A stretch of DNA of 61,100 bases, counting the filler, from Catajapyx aquilonaris (lineage: Eukaryota), in the NCBI GenBank assembly GCA_000934665.2. It is 2 parts of 2 records of this genome, joined end to end, with 100 filler letters (N's around TTAATTAATTAA, not from the genome) between each part and the next. Parts side by side here need not be neighbours in the genome. Positions count along the whole stretch, not along the records: positions 1 to 30,677 come from KZ539187.1; positions 30,778 to 61,100 come from JYFJ02004651.1. One strand, 5' to 3'. Below, one piece after another: positions 23,601-43,891 of this stretch (positions are counted from its first letter, which is position 1; each line of letters opens with the position of its first letter). A program made the position numbers and the translations under genes. Below the pieces are notes generated by a model. That model was not told the DNA's origin. It searched no databases and saw nothing but the letters and a program-made list of their open reading frames with translations.

Positions 23601-25878
23601 ATCTTACTTTTGATTTTGCAGAAACCGTTTCTGTCGATGGAACTGTAAATGGATTAGATCTGGACACCGAAGTCATGCTATACAGTGCCGACAATATCGT
23701 GACAGGGGCGAAGTGTGTCACTGACCTTGTAGCTGACAGACTTTTTGTTGATTCTGGAGTTAAGATTCAAGGTGTGGATATTATTCAATGGGATGCTGAC
23801 AGCGTAAAGAAAGAAGGAAACTTCACATTGCAGGGAAAAAGATTTGAAAACGTCAACTTCCTTGATTACGTTTTGTGAGTGTGTAATTCGTAAAAATGTT
23901 AATGAAATCTAATGCAATTTTTTATTGGCAGGGTACTGGGAGTGGTCAATGGGTTGGAGTTTTCAGAAAACTTTTTGATGACAAAATCAACGTCTCAGGT
24001 CTTGACTGGTGACAAAATATTTATTGATGATGAACCAATGACGATGGACAACCTTGTCATTAATGGCCTTTTCAATGGTGTGAACATAGATCATCTCTTC
24101 AGTGATGTGGTATGTATGGTCTTGTATGCCCGGATATGCATTTTTTTCTTAAAATTTGTTTATTTTAGTACTGGAGAAATGAACCGGTGATAATCACAAC
24201 CTTCAAGACTTTCCTGGCACCCCTGCATTTAAAGTCAGCTACTGTCAGATGGTATTATCAAGGGCACAATATTACCGACCTGTACTTGCGACTAGAAAGT
24301 AACATAGACCTTCTTTCTGTCGATGATTTGTACGCAGAGCTGTACACTACATTGCGAACTATAACCACAGCGCAGAACCGTAAGCACTTGCAGCATTGGC
24401 CCCTCTTGACACAATTACGACTGCTAATTTACTTCAGATTCTCCAACTTACCTGTGGCACTACGATGTTGTGCCGAAACTGGAGGGACATCCGAAGAAAA
24501 TCTCCCCTGTTGTCTTCAATTACAACAGTTCGTCCATGTCAGAACCATACTTGGCAGTAATAACTGAAGAAAGTGTCACTTACTCACGGTTCCGGATATC
24601 CTTGTACACGTGGAACCACTTGTTTGCAAGATTTCAGGAGCGAGGTAAATCAATAGTGCCAAACTCATATATTGTCACAGGATTAGTCTAATCGTAACAT
24701 TTGAATATGCATGTTTCAGTTAATCAAACTGTATTGATGAAGCCCAAAGATGTAGCCGGTTTGGTAAGCGGTGGCTCATTGTACCTGGCCATTACTACTG
24801 ATGAGAAATCGACGTCATCTTCAGTGGATCTTCCCAGACAGTTATTGCCTTCTAGCAGTCCAGAATCCTTCACCAGCCAAAACGGTTAGCTTGAACTGGG
24901 ATAAATGCTGAGCTGGTCCTATTGGCAAACATTTTTCAGATAGTGCAAGTTCAGCTTATGTCGTCAAATTCGACTTAAAGGAACAGAAAATGACTGGTAA
25001 AGCAGCAGGCTATGCCAATTTCACATCCAATGTGGAAGTCCTGTATTTAGTAAATCCAAGGCAAGCCTGTCTCTTCCTGGCGAACTACGAAGGTAGTCAG
25101 TCTGTCCTACTGTGCGATCATCCATCTCAAATAGGTTTTTCTATTCAACAATATTTTCCTACGATTGGCGCCGCTGAGGTTGGTTGCTAAAGTACGTATT
25201 AATAATCATATGGATTTATTGTGGAACATTTTTTTTTCCAGGCTGAATCTGTGATGATTGGGAATGAACTATTTTTGCTGATTGCCTGTGACGGGAGAGG
25301 TTACACTGGAAGGAAGTCGATAGATGTGTGGCAGTTCAACTCGCTGACTCGAAGATTCCAACTGGACCATAGGCTTCCGGGGTCCAGCAACACTAAAATG
25401 GATGTCATTGCATACCATGATGAAGCTTACCTCGCAGTTATTCATTCGCACGTGGTTGGGTCTGTGTATAGCGGTGAAGTTAGGATATACAGGTAAGGAT
25501 GCATGAAATGTGAGATGTAATGGTTTTTGACAATCGTTTTTTCCTGCTTTCAGATATTACCGATATATGAAGCGTTTCTTGAAAGTCCAAGCATTTGAGG
25601 CTGCGTCTCCTTTGGAATGTGAATTTGTCATTCTTACTCCTGGTGACCAATTAGCTTTGGTCATCTTGGATTCGAGCCATATTCATAACATCAAGGTTTA
25701 CATGTACAAGGGATTGTCTATGTTCCAACTGGAAACTATGGCTACTTTGGAGAAGGCTACTTCAATGAGGACATTCAATTCACCTACCAGTTACTATTGG
25801 GGCGGAGATAATTTTATCGTGTCATCATCAGATAATGACAACAAAGTTCTGAGAGCTGTGTTCAAGGGCAGGTGGTGA
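17646..25878 (+). CDS. Large secreted protein (~2000+ aa, ~30 exons): signal peptide, N-terminal EAR/EPTP repeats, helical linker, long beta-repeat rod, C-terminal EAR-like repeats; Closca/fs(1)M3 (Polehole)-like candidate
   Basis: Signal peptide MHLQVGLLLLLSITKVSNG. EAR-type repeats include FLAVANHRNDE, IDSFIYRYNYNKDRFVEFQRIATSAAVDVKYF, NSIIYKFSEDRFVPFQTILTEAA and VKLYQYNGWNFV. The central region has recurring QxxTGxKxF and GxINGxD motifs, and the C-terminus has IKVYMYKGLSMFQL. The junctions I checked splice in frame. Stop TGA at 25876-25878, AATAAA at 26001. Confidence 0.85.
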
Positions 25879-27697
25879 ATTTTACCTGCCATTGCTATGG
25901 AATAGTCAGGCAGAGTTCGATTATTTTATGATCTATATTGTTGAAGTTTTCAGAGATTTATAAATTCAAATATCCTCAGTGACCAGTGTATATTTTTGTT
26001 AATAAATGGCAGTTGCTACGTGAATATTGCATTTCTCTATTTTACCCCGGCATGCCTACAGGGGTTTTCCCCACTTTTTGGAATAACCGAAGCCTGTAGT
26101 TCATGCTACCAAATCGTAATATTGGTCCCATGGGCATTTACTAATTTAGTCTAGGCCAAAGGGAGAAATTCCCCAAGTGCAGCTACTTGATGACTAGAAC
26201 GTTGCCATATTAGACGTTATCACCCTCCTCATCGAAATGCGTGCAGTAATTATGCACTAAATCCTCAATTGATTGGTGGACATTTTTTCTTATCCTGGCC
26301 TAGGTACGTACAAATATTTTTTGTAGGAAAGAAGGGGAGAGGGCAGAAGACATGCAATCATGTGTTATTACTGTAGCTGCGTTTCAAACCCCATTCATTT
26401 TTTCTCTACATAATTTTCTCATCACACAAGGATATACAGCCTGAAGGTCAGGGGTAGGGTTGCAACCAGATTTTCTTTATTTCATTGTTACGAAGCTGAA
26501 GGTATTTTGAAGAAACTGGCAAAAGCATTCAGACATAACATTCCCGTGATGCAAATGAGCTAGCTGGAGGAAAAAAAATTAATTGACTATTTGACAATCG
26601 AAATCGGCATGCAATTCGGGCCAGAATTGGCTGAGTTGTAGGCGAGGTGTGAATTTAATTACTGGGCAGTTATATAAACTCAGTGTTAAATATATTGTCC
26701 TAAACATTTCGTAGATTCATTAAAAATAGGCCTGATATTTTCGATTCAATAAGTAGCAAAAAAATACCTTGACGCGTGTATAATGATAACCACACATACA
26801 TATGTGTACAGTAGGCCTACTCATGTGTGCAGCAGTGCAGGCATACTAATAGGAAAAGTTTGAGCACAATTATCATGGAATTTAAAGGTGTGCGACGACA
26901 TGCAACCTTTAATATTTCAAATTATTCGATGATTTTTTTGGATGCTGAAAGTTCGTGGAAAAGTTCCACAAGTTTGGATTTTTTGGTGGGAACCAATCCG
27001 CCCATGGAGGATTCGAGGATAAATGCCTCCTAGGGTGGTGGCTAGAGAAGGGGGTGGATTTTCCTATATCCCCTCACCTGATGACTCGCCCCAGCTCGCC
27101 CCAAAGAAATCGCTGTATTTTGTATGATAAAATATGAATTTATAGAGAAATGTGACTATATATGTTGGATTATGATGATTACGTGATAAAATATATACGA
27201 GATGGGGTGTTCTAAGGCTTACAGGTACCGGTACCTAAAAGTTTCGAGTTGAACTGCTGATCACGACATGCTGGCCTCTTATTTGAAAACGGAACGACAT
27301 GACAAGTCTAATTATACCGCCTTTTCATTGTCGCAAAACGTTTTTGTGACACGCCCTGAGCATTCAAGCGCCTAAAAACGCCTAAAAATGACGCCACACT
27401 CTAATTGATTTTCTATTCCCACCCTCCGGCTCATTTAGTATTATTAGCCTCATTTGCATAATGTTATAGCTACATGGAGGACACTTGGTTCACTGCAAAA
27501 ATGTTTTATTGACCCACCTTTGGGAGATAATCCACTTTTTTCTATACAGTACGGTAAATGTCCTGGTAAAACTTGAGGTAAAAACTGATATGTAGTACGC
27601 ATAGCTTATGCCAACATTTGAAGCAGCACTGGACGTCTCCTAGACGTCTCCTGCCACCTACCTATGCCCCCTGAACTAGTCTGGATACTATCTCAAA

Positions 27698-27776
27698 TAT
27701 CGATATTTCCACCATTCAAAAATCAGCATTGAGAAAACCCATGAATATCGATATGAGTATAATATTAATATCGATA
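27698..27776. promoter_or_regulatory. Three TATCGATA (DRE-type) palindromes upstream of a GC-rich island
   Basis: TATCGATA at 27698, 27746 and 27769. Could alternatively be hAT subterminal repeats. Confidence 0.45.
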
Positions 27777-29016
27777 CAGCATACATAATATCGGAAGGCT
27801 CGTCATTAGATGCAGTCCGTGGGGCGGGCGGGCAGGCGGCTGTGCACCAGGGCCGCTTGGTTTGTGGGAGTAGAGCGGCTGGCCGAGATAACTCAGGCAG
27901 CCATCCTGCTTGGGGTGGGGTCGGATAGGACAGGTGCGTAACATTGGCCCCGGGGCGTGGGCCGGCGGGCGGGGCGCTAGTGGGCGGACGAGCAGCCATT
28001 GCAGTGATAGTGCTAGTGGACCAGGCGCACGTGAACCAGGAGGATTTGGCCTGAATGGAAGCATGCAGTGATTGCTGTGGTGCAGAGTCTGGCCTGTGAG
28101 CCAGTTTGCTTTGAGACATGGAGAGGGTGGACGGCTCGTTGTTTCTGTACCGTCGCCCAGTCTACCGTGGATTTCAGTATCTGGAAGTGTAAGTATGCTT
28201 CACAGCATGGTTGGAGGTTTTTAAACATTGATGTGTGTTGACAAGCCTAGTTGAGGCTGTTGAGAACGATGTTGACACAATTGTTTGAACCTGTTGCGGC
28301 TAGTATCTTGCTTGAATGTTAATGATGGACAGTAGGTTTAAAATCGCAGGTTCATTGCTGGTAGTGTTGCAAAGTTGGGACACCCATTTGCAAACTAGTG
28401 GACAAGTGCAAAGTTATCTCCAGTGTGCAATCGACAGTAAACTCTTCCTGTACCTCCCACTTGGGTTTGCGGCCATCCACACACATCCCTGGAGGATGGG
28501 CAGAAGTAATCAAATGTGGCAGGAAGTGGTGGGAGTAAGCTCTCTGACTAGCCATTCTTCTGTTTTCTCAAGTACCTGCACCAGAGGCATATTTTAATGA
28601 ATGTTGACAACCATGAGATAGCCCCAGTATTGTGCAGCTTTTAAACAAGATGCGTTTATGACTATATGTTTAATACAGCACTGTATCCCAACTTACAAAG
28701 CCTTGTGTGGTAATGCTGGTAAACCAGGAAGTTGAGTACAAATGTATGATGTGGGCTACACCCAAGTTAGGGACATCACAGCTATTTATAAGTATTGTGA
28801 ATGATAAAAAAGTGTTCCCCACACATAATGCAGCCAAAATGTCAGATAATGCTTTTCAGATATGTACGAGGTTGCGTAATGTTGTGTACTGGTTCATTTA
28901 AGGACTATTTGCATATGTTGGAATTAACTCTTGGTACATTTCTGTAAACAATGAGAAAAGAAATTGACCAGTAGGGAGAAAAATTATGCAGTATTATACA
29001 CGTGTATGCACCATTT

Positions 29017-29243
29017 GAGGGTTGTGTAGTGGTTAGCACCACAGCTGAACCTGCACCTCTGAGGACCTTAGTTTGATCCCTGGATTGGCCATAGTAATTT
29101 CTTGTGGGAAAAGAGTTTTGAGGGGTTCCCTCCGTGTTTGCGTGGGTTTTCTCAGGGTTCTCCAGTTTCCTCCCACTTTAAAAATTAATCACCATTGAGT
29201 ATGAATCAAATGAGAATTAAAAGAGGATCCCTGCAGGGACCAC

Positions 29244-29312
<69 letters not shown>
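29017..29312 (+). mobile_element. tRNA-derived SINE with V-domain-like core and (TAT)n tail
   Basis: Degenerate A box TGTGTAGTGGTTAGCAC (~29023) and B box AGTTTGATCC (~29070). Core 29113-29176 GAGTTT...CCGTGTTTGCGTGGGTTTTCTCAGGGTTCTCCAGTTTCCTCCCAC resembles the V-SINE conserved domain. Tail spans 29244-29312. Confidence 0.75.
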
Positions 29313-29313
<1 letters not shown>

Positions 29314-30677
29314 ACATATGCCAGCAGCAGTAATGTGTTGTTTATTTGTTCAGATATCACATTTTCCTCAGAAACCATTTTTCCACATTCTTTCTCCCTG
29401 GCAATCTCTTTGTCATAAAAAGATTGGGCTCAGTGTTACTCTACTGCATGTACTTGTCATTTTTGACATTGACTTTTAAAATGAAATTTTATCCAGATAC
29501 TCAACATTCTTTATGCTGCATGAGATGACCAAGTAGTATTTTTGACTTGGGGAGGGCCTGATGCTGCCTCCTCCTGAGGGCATTGTAATGAAAAAAAAAA
29601 AAATTGAATGTGAGAGCTTTGGTATGAATCCCTGCACTGCACCTCATGCTTTTTAGTATCACTCTGAAAGCTGCACCAGAGAGTGCTCAAATGGTTGAAT
29701 AAATACATTTAAATGAAAGCTCACAGGCCTCACACGGCATATGAGATAGGGAAGCATCCAAGTTTTTTACTTATTCAATACGTGTACATGTAAAAGTAAA
29801 CAAAAAGTTCATATTTGACTTGTCAGAATTACCATTACTTTGTATTTGTAGAGTAGTGCAAATGTTTTTAACAATTTCGAGCATTGCAATATATACTACG
29901 TGAAGCTTGTTGGCTTTCACCGTATGATGCTTGCCTGCTAGAAAATTTGCATGGCAGAATGCCACATGTATACCCCAGATGGCAGGGACGGTAGTAGAGT
30001 GCATGTGTGAAGCTGGGTAGTAGTTGGTTAACATTGGCTGCTTTGCCTGGGAATGAATATGAGGGATCAATACAGAACAATGTTGAATGGATGGGAGACA
30101 AGTTGAGTGTGGGGAGGAAGTTGGGGAGGGTGGCTGGCAGGGTTGGGGGGCAGAAAGAGAGAGAGGGAGAGAGCCAGTTGGAAGAGGAAGGGAGCGCCAT
30201 TGATTTTCCTGTGAGTGAGATGACCTGACTGGATGCTGCTGCTCTTTTCCCACTTTCTTGCCTCTGACACTAAAAAAGGCATGGTACACATCATCTGAGA
30301 TAAACTGGGTGACACACTGATAGGAACACCTTTTCTGAGAATTTATTCATTTGAAACTTACAGAGAAGTCTTAAAATGCCAGTGACATAATGTAGAGTGA
30401 CAGCTGGCCATAAAGTAGAATTAGTACATGCTAGTCCTTTGAATAAATATAATGATAGTACATTGCATTTTTTAAAGCTGCCTAGCTATGTGACAAACCT
30501 GGTGCAATAGAAAATGGCACTTATTGTATGTATGAGTCATATAATTTCCAGATGACAGACCAATGGCATGTGTGCCAAACTTTCCATACAGTTGTTTTTG
30601 TGTGTGTTGGTCTTCATTGCTGCAACCACCTGTTCTAGCTTTTTTGTTATTAGGCAATGGAAAGTTCCTCTTCCCCC

Positions 30678-30777
30678 NNNNNNNNNNNNNNNNNNNNNNN
30701 NNNNNNNNNNNNNNNNNNNNNTTAATTAATTAANNNNNNNNNNNNNNNNNNNNNNNNNNNNNNNNNNNNNNNNNNNN
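30678..30777. other. Assembly gap with artificial TTAATTAATTAA linker
   Basis: N44-TTAATTAATTAA-N44, exactly 100 bp. The linker gives stop codons in all six frames. Confidence 0.95.
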
Positions 30778-31084
30778 TGTATGACTCTCAATTGTGCGCA
30801 ATCAGGCCTGATGTAACTGCGGCCTTCACCATGACATCACGTCACGACCCTCACCACTTGTTATTTCCTACTTCCTACCCTACCCATTCTATTTGGCAGA
30901 CACGAAGACGGAACCTGTGTCCTATTTAAAGGAGCTAAGGTCATTGCTCCATGTCTATAGAAATGAAGAAATCAGTCTAATCTGGCCGACCAATAGGCGG
31001 TCAGGACCACCTAGATTTATCAAGGGTAGTCCCTCAAGGGCACCACATGTAGATCACACTTAGTAGAGGTGCAACATGCATATC

Positions 31085-33284
<2,200 letters not shown>

Positions 33285-34188
33285 CATAACTAAAACAGGT
33301 TATTATTTCCAACCATAAAATAAATAAGCCCATCACAATGTTTATTCTAGATTTTCTTGGCACCACATCAGCCCATATCCAGTATAAGCTCATATATTTT
33401 CATTATCATATAATTTGATTTTTTCAGGGGATTATGTATCGGTTTCATAAATTGCTCTAATTTGACTGTACAATAATTTATCTCCTAGTCCACTTTCCAC
33501 TACTGTTTTTATGCATCATAACTATTTAATCTGACAGATTCTTTCGAAATATGACCCGATGAACATGTCCTTGGAAACCTTTGGCCTTACTGAGTATTTT
33601 AATCAACGCCAGATATGCTTGATCATTTAGAGATTCCAGCCTGGCATAATTACATAAGTGGCTTAAAGGGTGCACCTATCAAAGGATAAGGTGGGATGCT
33701 TTCCAATTGTGTCTCAAGTTGGACTCGAATGTGATTAGAATGTGTGTCATAGATCAGACGTTTGTTCCTCGACCGATTATATGATACCTGTTGACTAGAT
33801 ACCACTTGGTGCAGTTTGACGCTCCGTCATACTGAAACAGGAGCAATATTGACAACATCAAATAAATTCAATTTCTTGTTTTCTCATGTAGACTTATTAT
33901 GTCATGAAATAAAACTGCATATTGTAACAGATCTGTCACTGTAAGAGGTGCACCCCATCCACTGCACACCCACCCCACACATCGTACGGTCTTGCATAAT
34001 CATCACACCATAGCTAGATAGCATGTGAGTGTAGGCTATACTTGTTGGGACCATATTGTTGCCAGACATAACTGGAACAACTGAAGTGGTAGTGGTGCGA
34101 AGAGATAATCGTATTTACACGTGGCATGTAGTGCACGTGGAATGAGATTGAGGAAACAGAAGTTGGGTAATCAGTTCTGTTTCCCAAG

Positions 34189-36494
<2,306 letters not shown>

Positions 36495-37082
36495 TACCAA
36501 GTGTGTGAAAAATTAGGGTTATTGACTTCCCTTTTTACTGGACAATACTAGTATTGACAATATGAACGTATACATGGGGGGCAAATAATTTGCTTATGAG
36601 GTCGGTGTTCTTAGTATTTATAGGTATATCTGAATTGATAACTCATGACCAGTCACTGAACCCATTGCACATATATTATAGGATATCAATATGTGCTTTA
36701 TAACACAAATAGCTAAAATAGTAGTACTGTAATTACTGCAAATTAAAATTATAAATATTTTAAATATTGGTTGGAAAGTATGCCTCATACTCTACCCTGC
36801 ACGTTATCTAATCTCCTGCGACCTTTTCGATTCGAAAGCCATTCAATGTCCAATCCACATCACAACCGCGACAAGGTTAACTAAAATCCTTAAGTGCAGG
36901 CTGTTGACATTTTCCATTCCTTGAAGATGATTATCACTTAATCCTTGGTTTTGACCAAAAACTAAGTCCCGTGACTCACGAAGTACTCGATTGGATGACG
37001 TACTGTACGGGTCAATACCATATCTAGTCAGTCACATTTTTCCTGCCACCTTTGTCAAGTGTTATCTCTGCAACGCTTCAGT

Positions 37083-39616
37083 ATGAAGCTCGACATGATC
37101 AGAATAGCACTATTCTTCCTTGTTCTGTTGGTTTCCCAAACTTGGGGAGACGATGACCAACCTGTGGTGAAAACTAAGTTAGGAGAAATTCGAGGTTACA
37201 TCCAGCCATCTTCCAAAGGGCATGATTTCTACACCTTCCTTGGAATTCCTTATGGACAACCACCTGTTGGACCTCTTCGATTCAAAGTAAGTAATGTCTA
37301 ATCAAAATTTTATAACCTGATAATATTGACATTTCAGCCTCCATTAGCATCAGAACCATGGGACGATATACGTGATGGCACTAAAGAAGCTCCATTTTGT
37401 CTTCATTACGATTATGTTCAAGCGAAAAGGACAATGGGAAAGGAAGACTGCTTGTACCTGAATGTGTACACCAGAAAGGTAATTATTTGTAGTAATTTCA
37501 GAGCCAATCATAATTTCTTAATATGAACAGCTTCCAACGGAGGACCACAACCCGAGTTTGCCAGTCATGTTTTGGATCCATGGTGGAGGTTTCTCATTTG
37601 GTAGCGGCTCCCCCATATTTTGGGGACCGCAATATATGCTCAACCATGACATTGTACTGGTGGCAATCAACTATAGACTGTCATCATTTGGGTTTTTGAG
37701 CACTGGAGATGAAGCATGTCCTGGTAACATGGGTTTGAAGGACCAAAACTTGGCTCTCTCATGGGTCAGAGATAATATCGCATCCTTTGGGGGCGATCCC
37801 AATCGTGTGACTATCTTTGGAGAAAGTGCAGGGTCAGCCAGTGTCCATTACCACATGATGTCGCCAATGTCCAGAGGTAGGTGACCATGGGCATATAAGG
37901 TGAAGTGGGGTAAGTGCATACACGGGGTAAGTGCATATATTGTGCCGCCATATTGGAATGAAAATGGCTGACGACACCAAAACGCGGGGGATGTTATGTG
38001 CAGCTACACAAAAGAGTGCCTGACGCGTTATGGTGTCGTCAGCCATTTTCATTCCAATATGGCGGCACATTATATGCACTTACCCCGTGTATGCACTTAC
38101 CCCACTTCACCTTACAGCAATCGCAGCAAATGTTCGGATTTTATTATAGGTCTGTTCCATGGAGCCATATCTCAAAGTGGAACTGCACTATGCAGCTGGG
38201 CATGGTTACCTCCATCAGAGACTCTATCAAGGGCCAGACGCCTCGGGGCCGTTGTTGGTTGCAAGCAAGACAAAACTGATGATCTGATTGATTGCCTTAG
38301 GACCATTCAAGGGTCTAAGCTTGCTCAAGCACACCTTAGACTTGTGGTATGCATTCGATTGTATCTATAGGTATGCATTAAAGTGTTTGATGACCAATAT
38401 GTGACCTTTGTAGGAATGGTACCTTGACCCCGTGGTTCTCTTTGGGCCCACTACGGAATTAGCGGGAGATCATAAATTTTTGTCAAATTATCCGTATGAC
38501 CAACTTGTTTCCGGAGATGTCGCTCCTGTACCTTGGATGACTGGCTTTTGTGATTTGGAAGCGGAAATGATGATAGCAGGTATTTTGATATAATTACAAT
38601 CATGACTAAGGTCATTTTATGCTTAAAGCTCATTAAATCACATTTTACAGGCATTTTGGCAGACAAAAATCTTAAAAAGCAAGTGAATCAAGAGCATCGG
38701 AGAATATTTCCTCTAATAATGGCGTACAGGCATTTGACTGATCAAAATGATTATGTGTCAGACGAGGTCTGGCGCACTTTTGTTGGAGAAGGAAAAAACA
38801 TCAGCATGGAAAATCGAGCAAGCTTTATAGAGGTGAGTCAAGGATCTTAAAATCAATCAGCATAGATCTCTATTGTTGTGTATTTCAGGGATATTCTGAC
38901 CGATTTATGAATCATGGCATTATCAAAACTGTAAAGATTCAGGCTGCCACTGCTTCTGCCCCTATTTACTTCTACCAGCTTACGTTCAAGGGTCAGAGCA
39001 GCTTCTCCAAGATTCTGGGGAAAAGTCAGTACGACCCAATAGGTGAGATTGTATGGCACCTCGTAATAAGCCGACAAAAAGTTAATGAAAATATCATTAA
39101 CGAAACGAAACGAAACGAAACGAAAACTGTTTTCGTTTCGAATCCTTCAGTTTTCCAGGAATTCGCTTTGAAGCTACTGTCACATTACCGAATTTTTTAA
39201 ATTACAGGAGTGGCCCATGCTGACGACCTATTATATTTATTTCCACTCATGATATTTCCTCCACTTAAAGAAGGTACTCAAGAGATGCGAATGATGGAGA
39301 TGATGACAGCCTGGTGGACAAATTTTGCATATACTGGGTAAGTACCAGGTCACATGATTACACTAACAAGTAAGACCAAGTGTACTGCAATGATCAACTT
39401 TGGCTGTGCAGGAATCCGACTCCTCCTGGTGGAAAAGAATCGAGCGTGACATGGGAACCGCTACGAAAAGATGTTTTAAATCACTTGAACATGAACTTAG
39501 AACCACACATGCAGACAGAGTATCCAGAAGAGAGAATACAATTTTGGGACAATATGCCTTTGAATGAACACGAAAGGTACAAGCCTGCCTCTAAGAATGA
39601 AAAGGATGAACTGTAA
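37083..39616 (+). CDS. Carboxyl/cholinesterase 3, signal peptide, C-terminal KDEL
   Basis: GIPYGQPPVGPLRF, EDCLYLNVY, WIHGGGF, GESAG, DLEA (Glu), GVAHADD. Ends NEKDEL*, with AATAAA at ~39633. Confidence 0.93.
37898..38112. mobile_element. 215-bp TA-flanked MITE (Tc1/mariner-pogo type) in an intron of CCE3
   Basis: TA|AGGTGAAGTGGGGTAAGTGCATA...TATGCACTTACCCCACTTCACCT|TA. The ~85-bp near-perfect TIRs each contain two GGGGTAAGTGCATA copies. Confidence 0.9.
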
Positions 39617-39889
39617 ATTGAATATCATTGACAATAAAGTAAAATAATGCAGTTTTCTCTCAGAGTACACTTTGAATTAGATTAGAGTAAGTAAATGTTG
39701 TAAGTGAAGGTATAATATCACATTTATCGAATCATAATGTAGACTAAAATTATGTGGTGAACTGACATAATACTGGAAGGAATAATTATTATACTAGTTA
39801 ATCGTGCATAATAGGGTTCATGAAAAGGCATTGCAATAAGTACGTATGTAACAACAAATGGCACTCGTTGATGAATAATTGTACCACTT

Positions 39890-43063
<3,174 letters not shown>

Positions 43064-43136
43064 AATTACCTGTCTGCACTGAATGGAGTGATACAGTATT
43101 CATACCACTAGCAGTTAGCTGTCCTGATGCTGATAC

Positions 43137-43151
43137 TGCTCTCTGGCGGGG
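43137..43151 (-). promoter_or_regulatory. Conserved upstream 15-mer CCCCGCCAGAGAGCA (CCE4)
   Basis: Identical to 49299-49313, 74 nt upstream of the ATG. Confidence 0.5.
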
Positions 43152-43891
43152 ATTCTTCACAGAATAATCTATGCTGAAATACGATAGCATTTTCTTCCGT
43201 AACATCAGGTACGTAAGATGCAGAAGCTACGTCAAACTCTGTATTCACACGGTCGTAAATATTTTCACACATGAATTTTCACATACCCTAAAAATTCACA
43301 TTGAATAACTCTGCGAGAGTGTAGTATTTTTCTGCATTTGTTTATAGAACATTATTTTGGTCACATAACTATCAAGGCATTATGAGTTATTAGTGTTGTT
43401 ACACATTGTCCGTGATTTGTGTCCTTCACATAATATCACCATCTGTTGTCATTGACATTGGTCAGCCAACTGTGTTGAATTACATACGTAAAGCAAGTTC
43501 TTTCTAGGCACCTTGTCGTGTTTGCAGAGCCTTGAAAATAAAAAGATCGCAGTAGTGCAAAAGGCTAGTCTTTTCCTGACTATGAAGTCATTTATTGCCA
43601 TAGTTTTTACATGGTTGAATGATATTACGTACAGTACATAACTGATCTTGAGAGCAGTATATCTAATGTCATTTGAGTTATGTGCCATCTTTGGAAATGA
43701 CTAGTCATTATGGTTGGTGCCGATTAGTTTTAATACACCACGCTCATAAGTTACGTGTATATGTTACAGTAGAACCTGTAACTCAGTTCTTTACTTTTAA
43801 ATCCATCCTCTGAAGACGGCACAAATTATTTTACTGAGATTACTGCAGAATTTGCCTATACCTGGTGATTGAGCTACTTCAGTCCTGTACC

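Noticed and set aside
20250..24300. Prophage or recent horizontal transfer suggested by tail-fibre-like motifs
   Set aside because: The region is interrupted by many spliceosomal introns and is continuous with a signal peptide and EAR repeats. No other phage genes are present.
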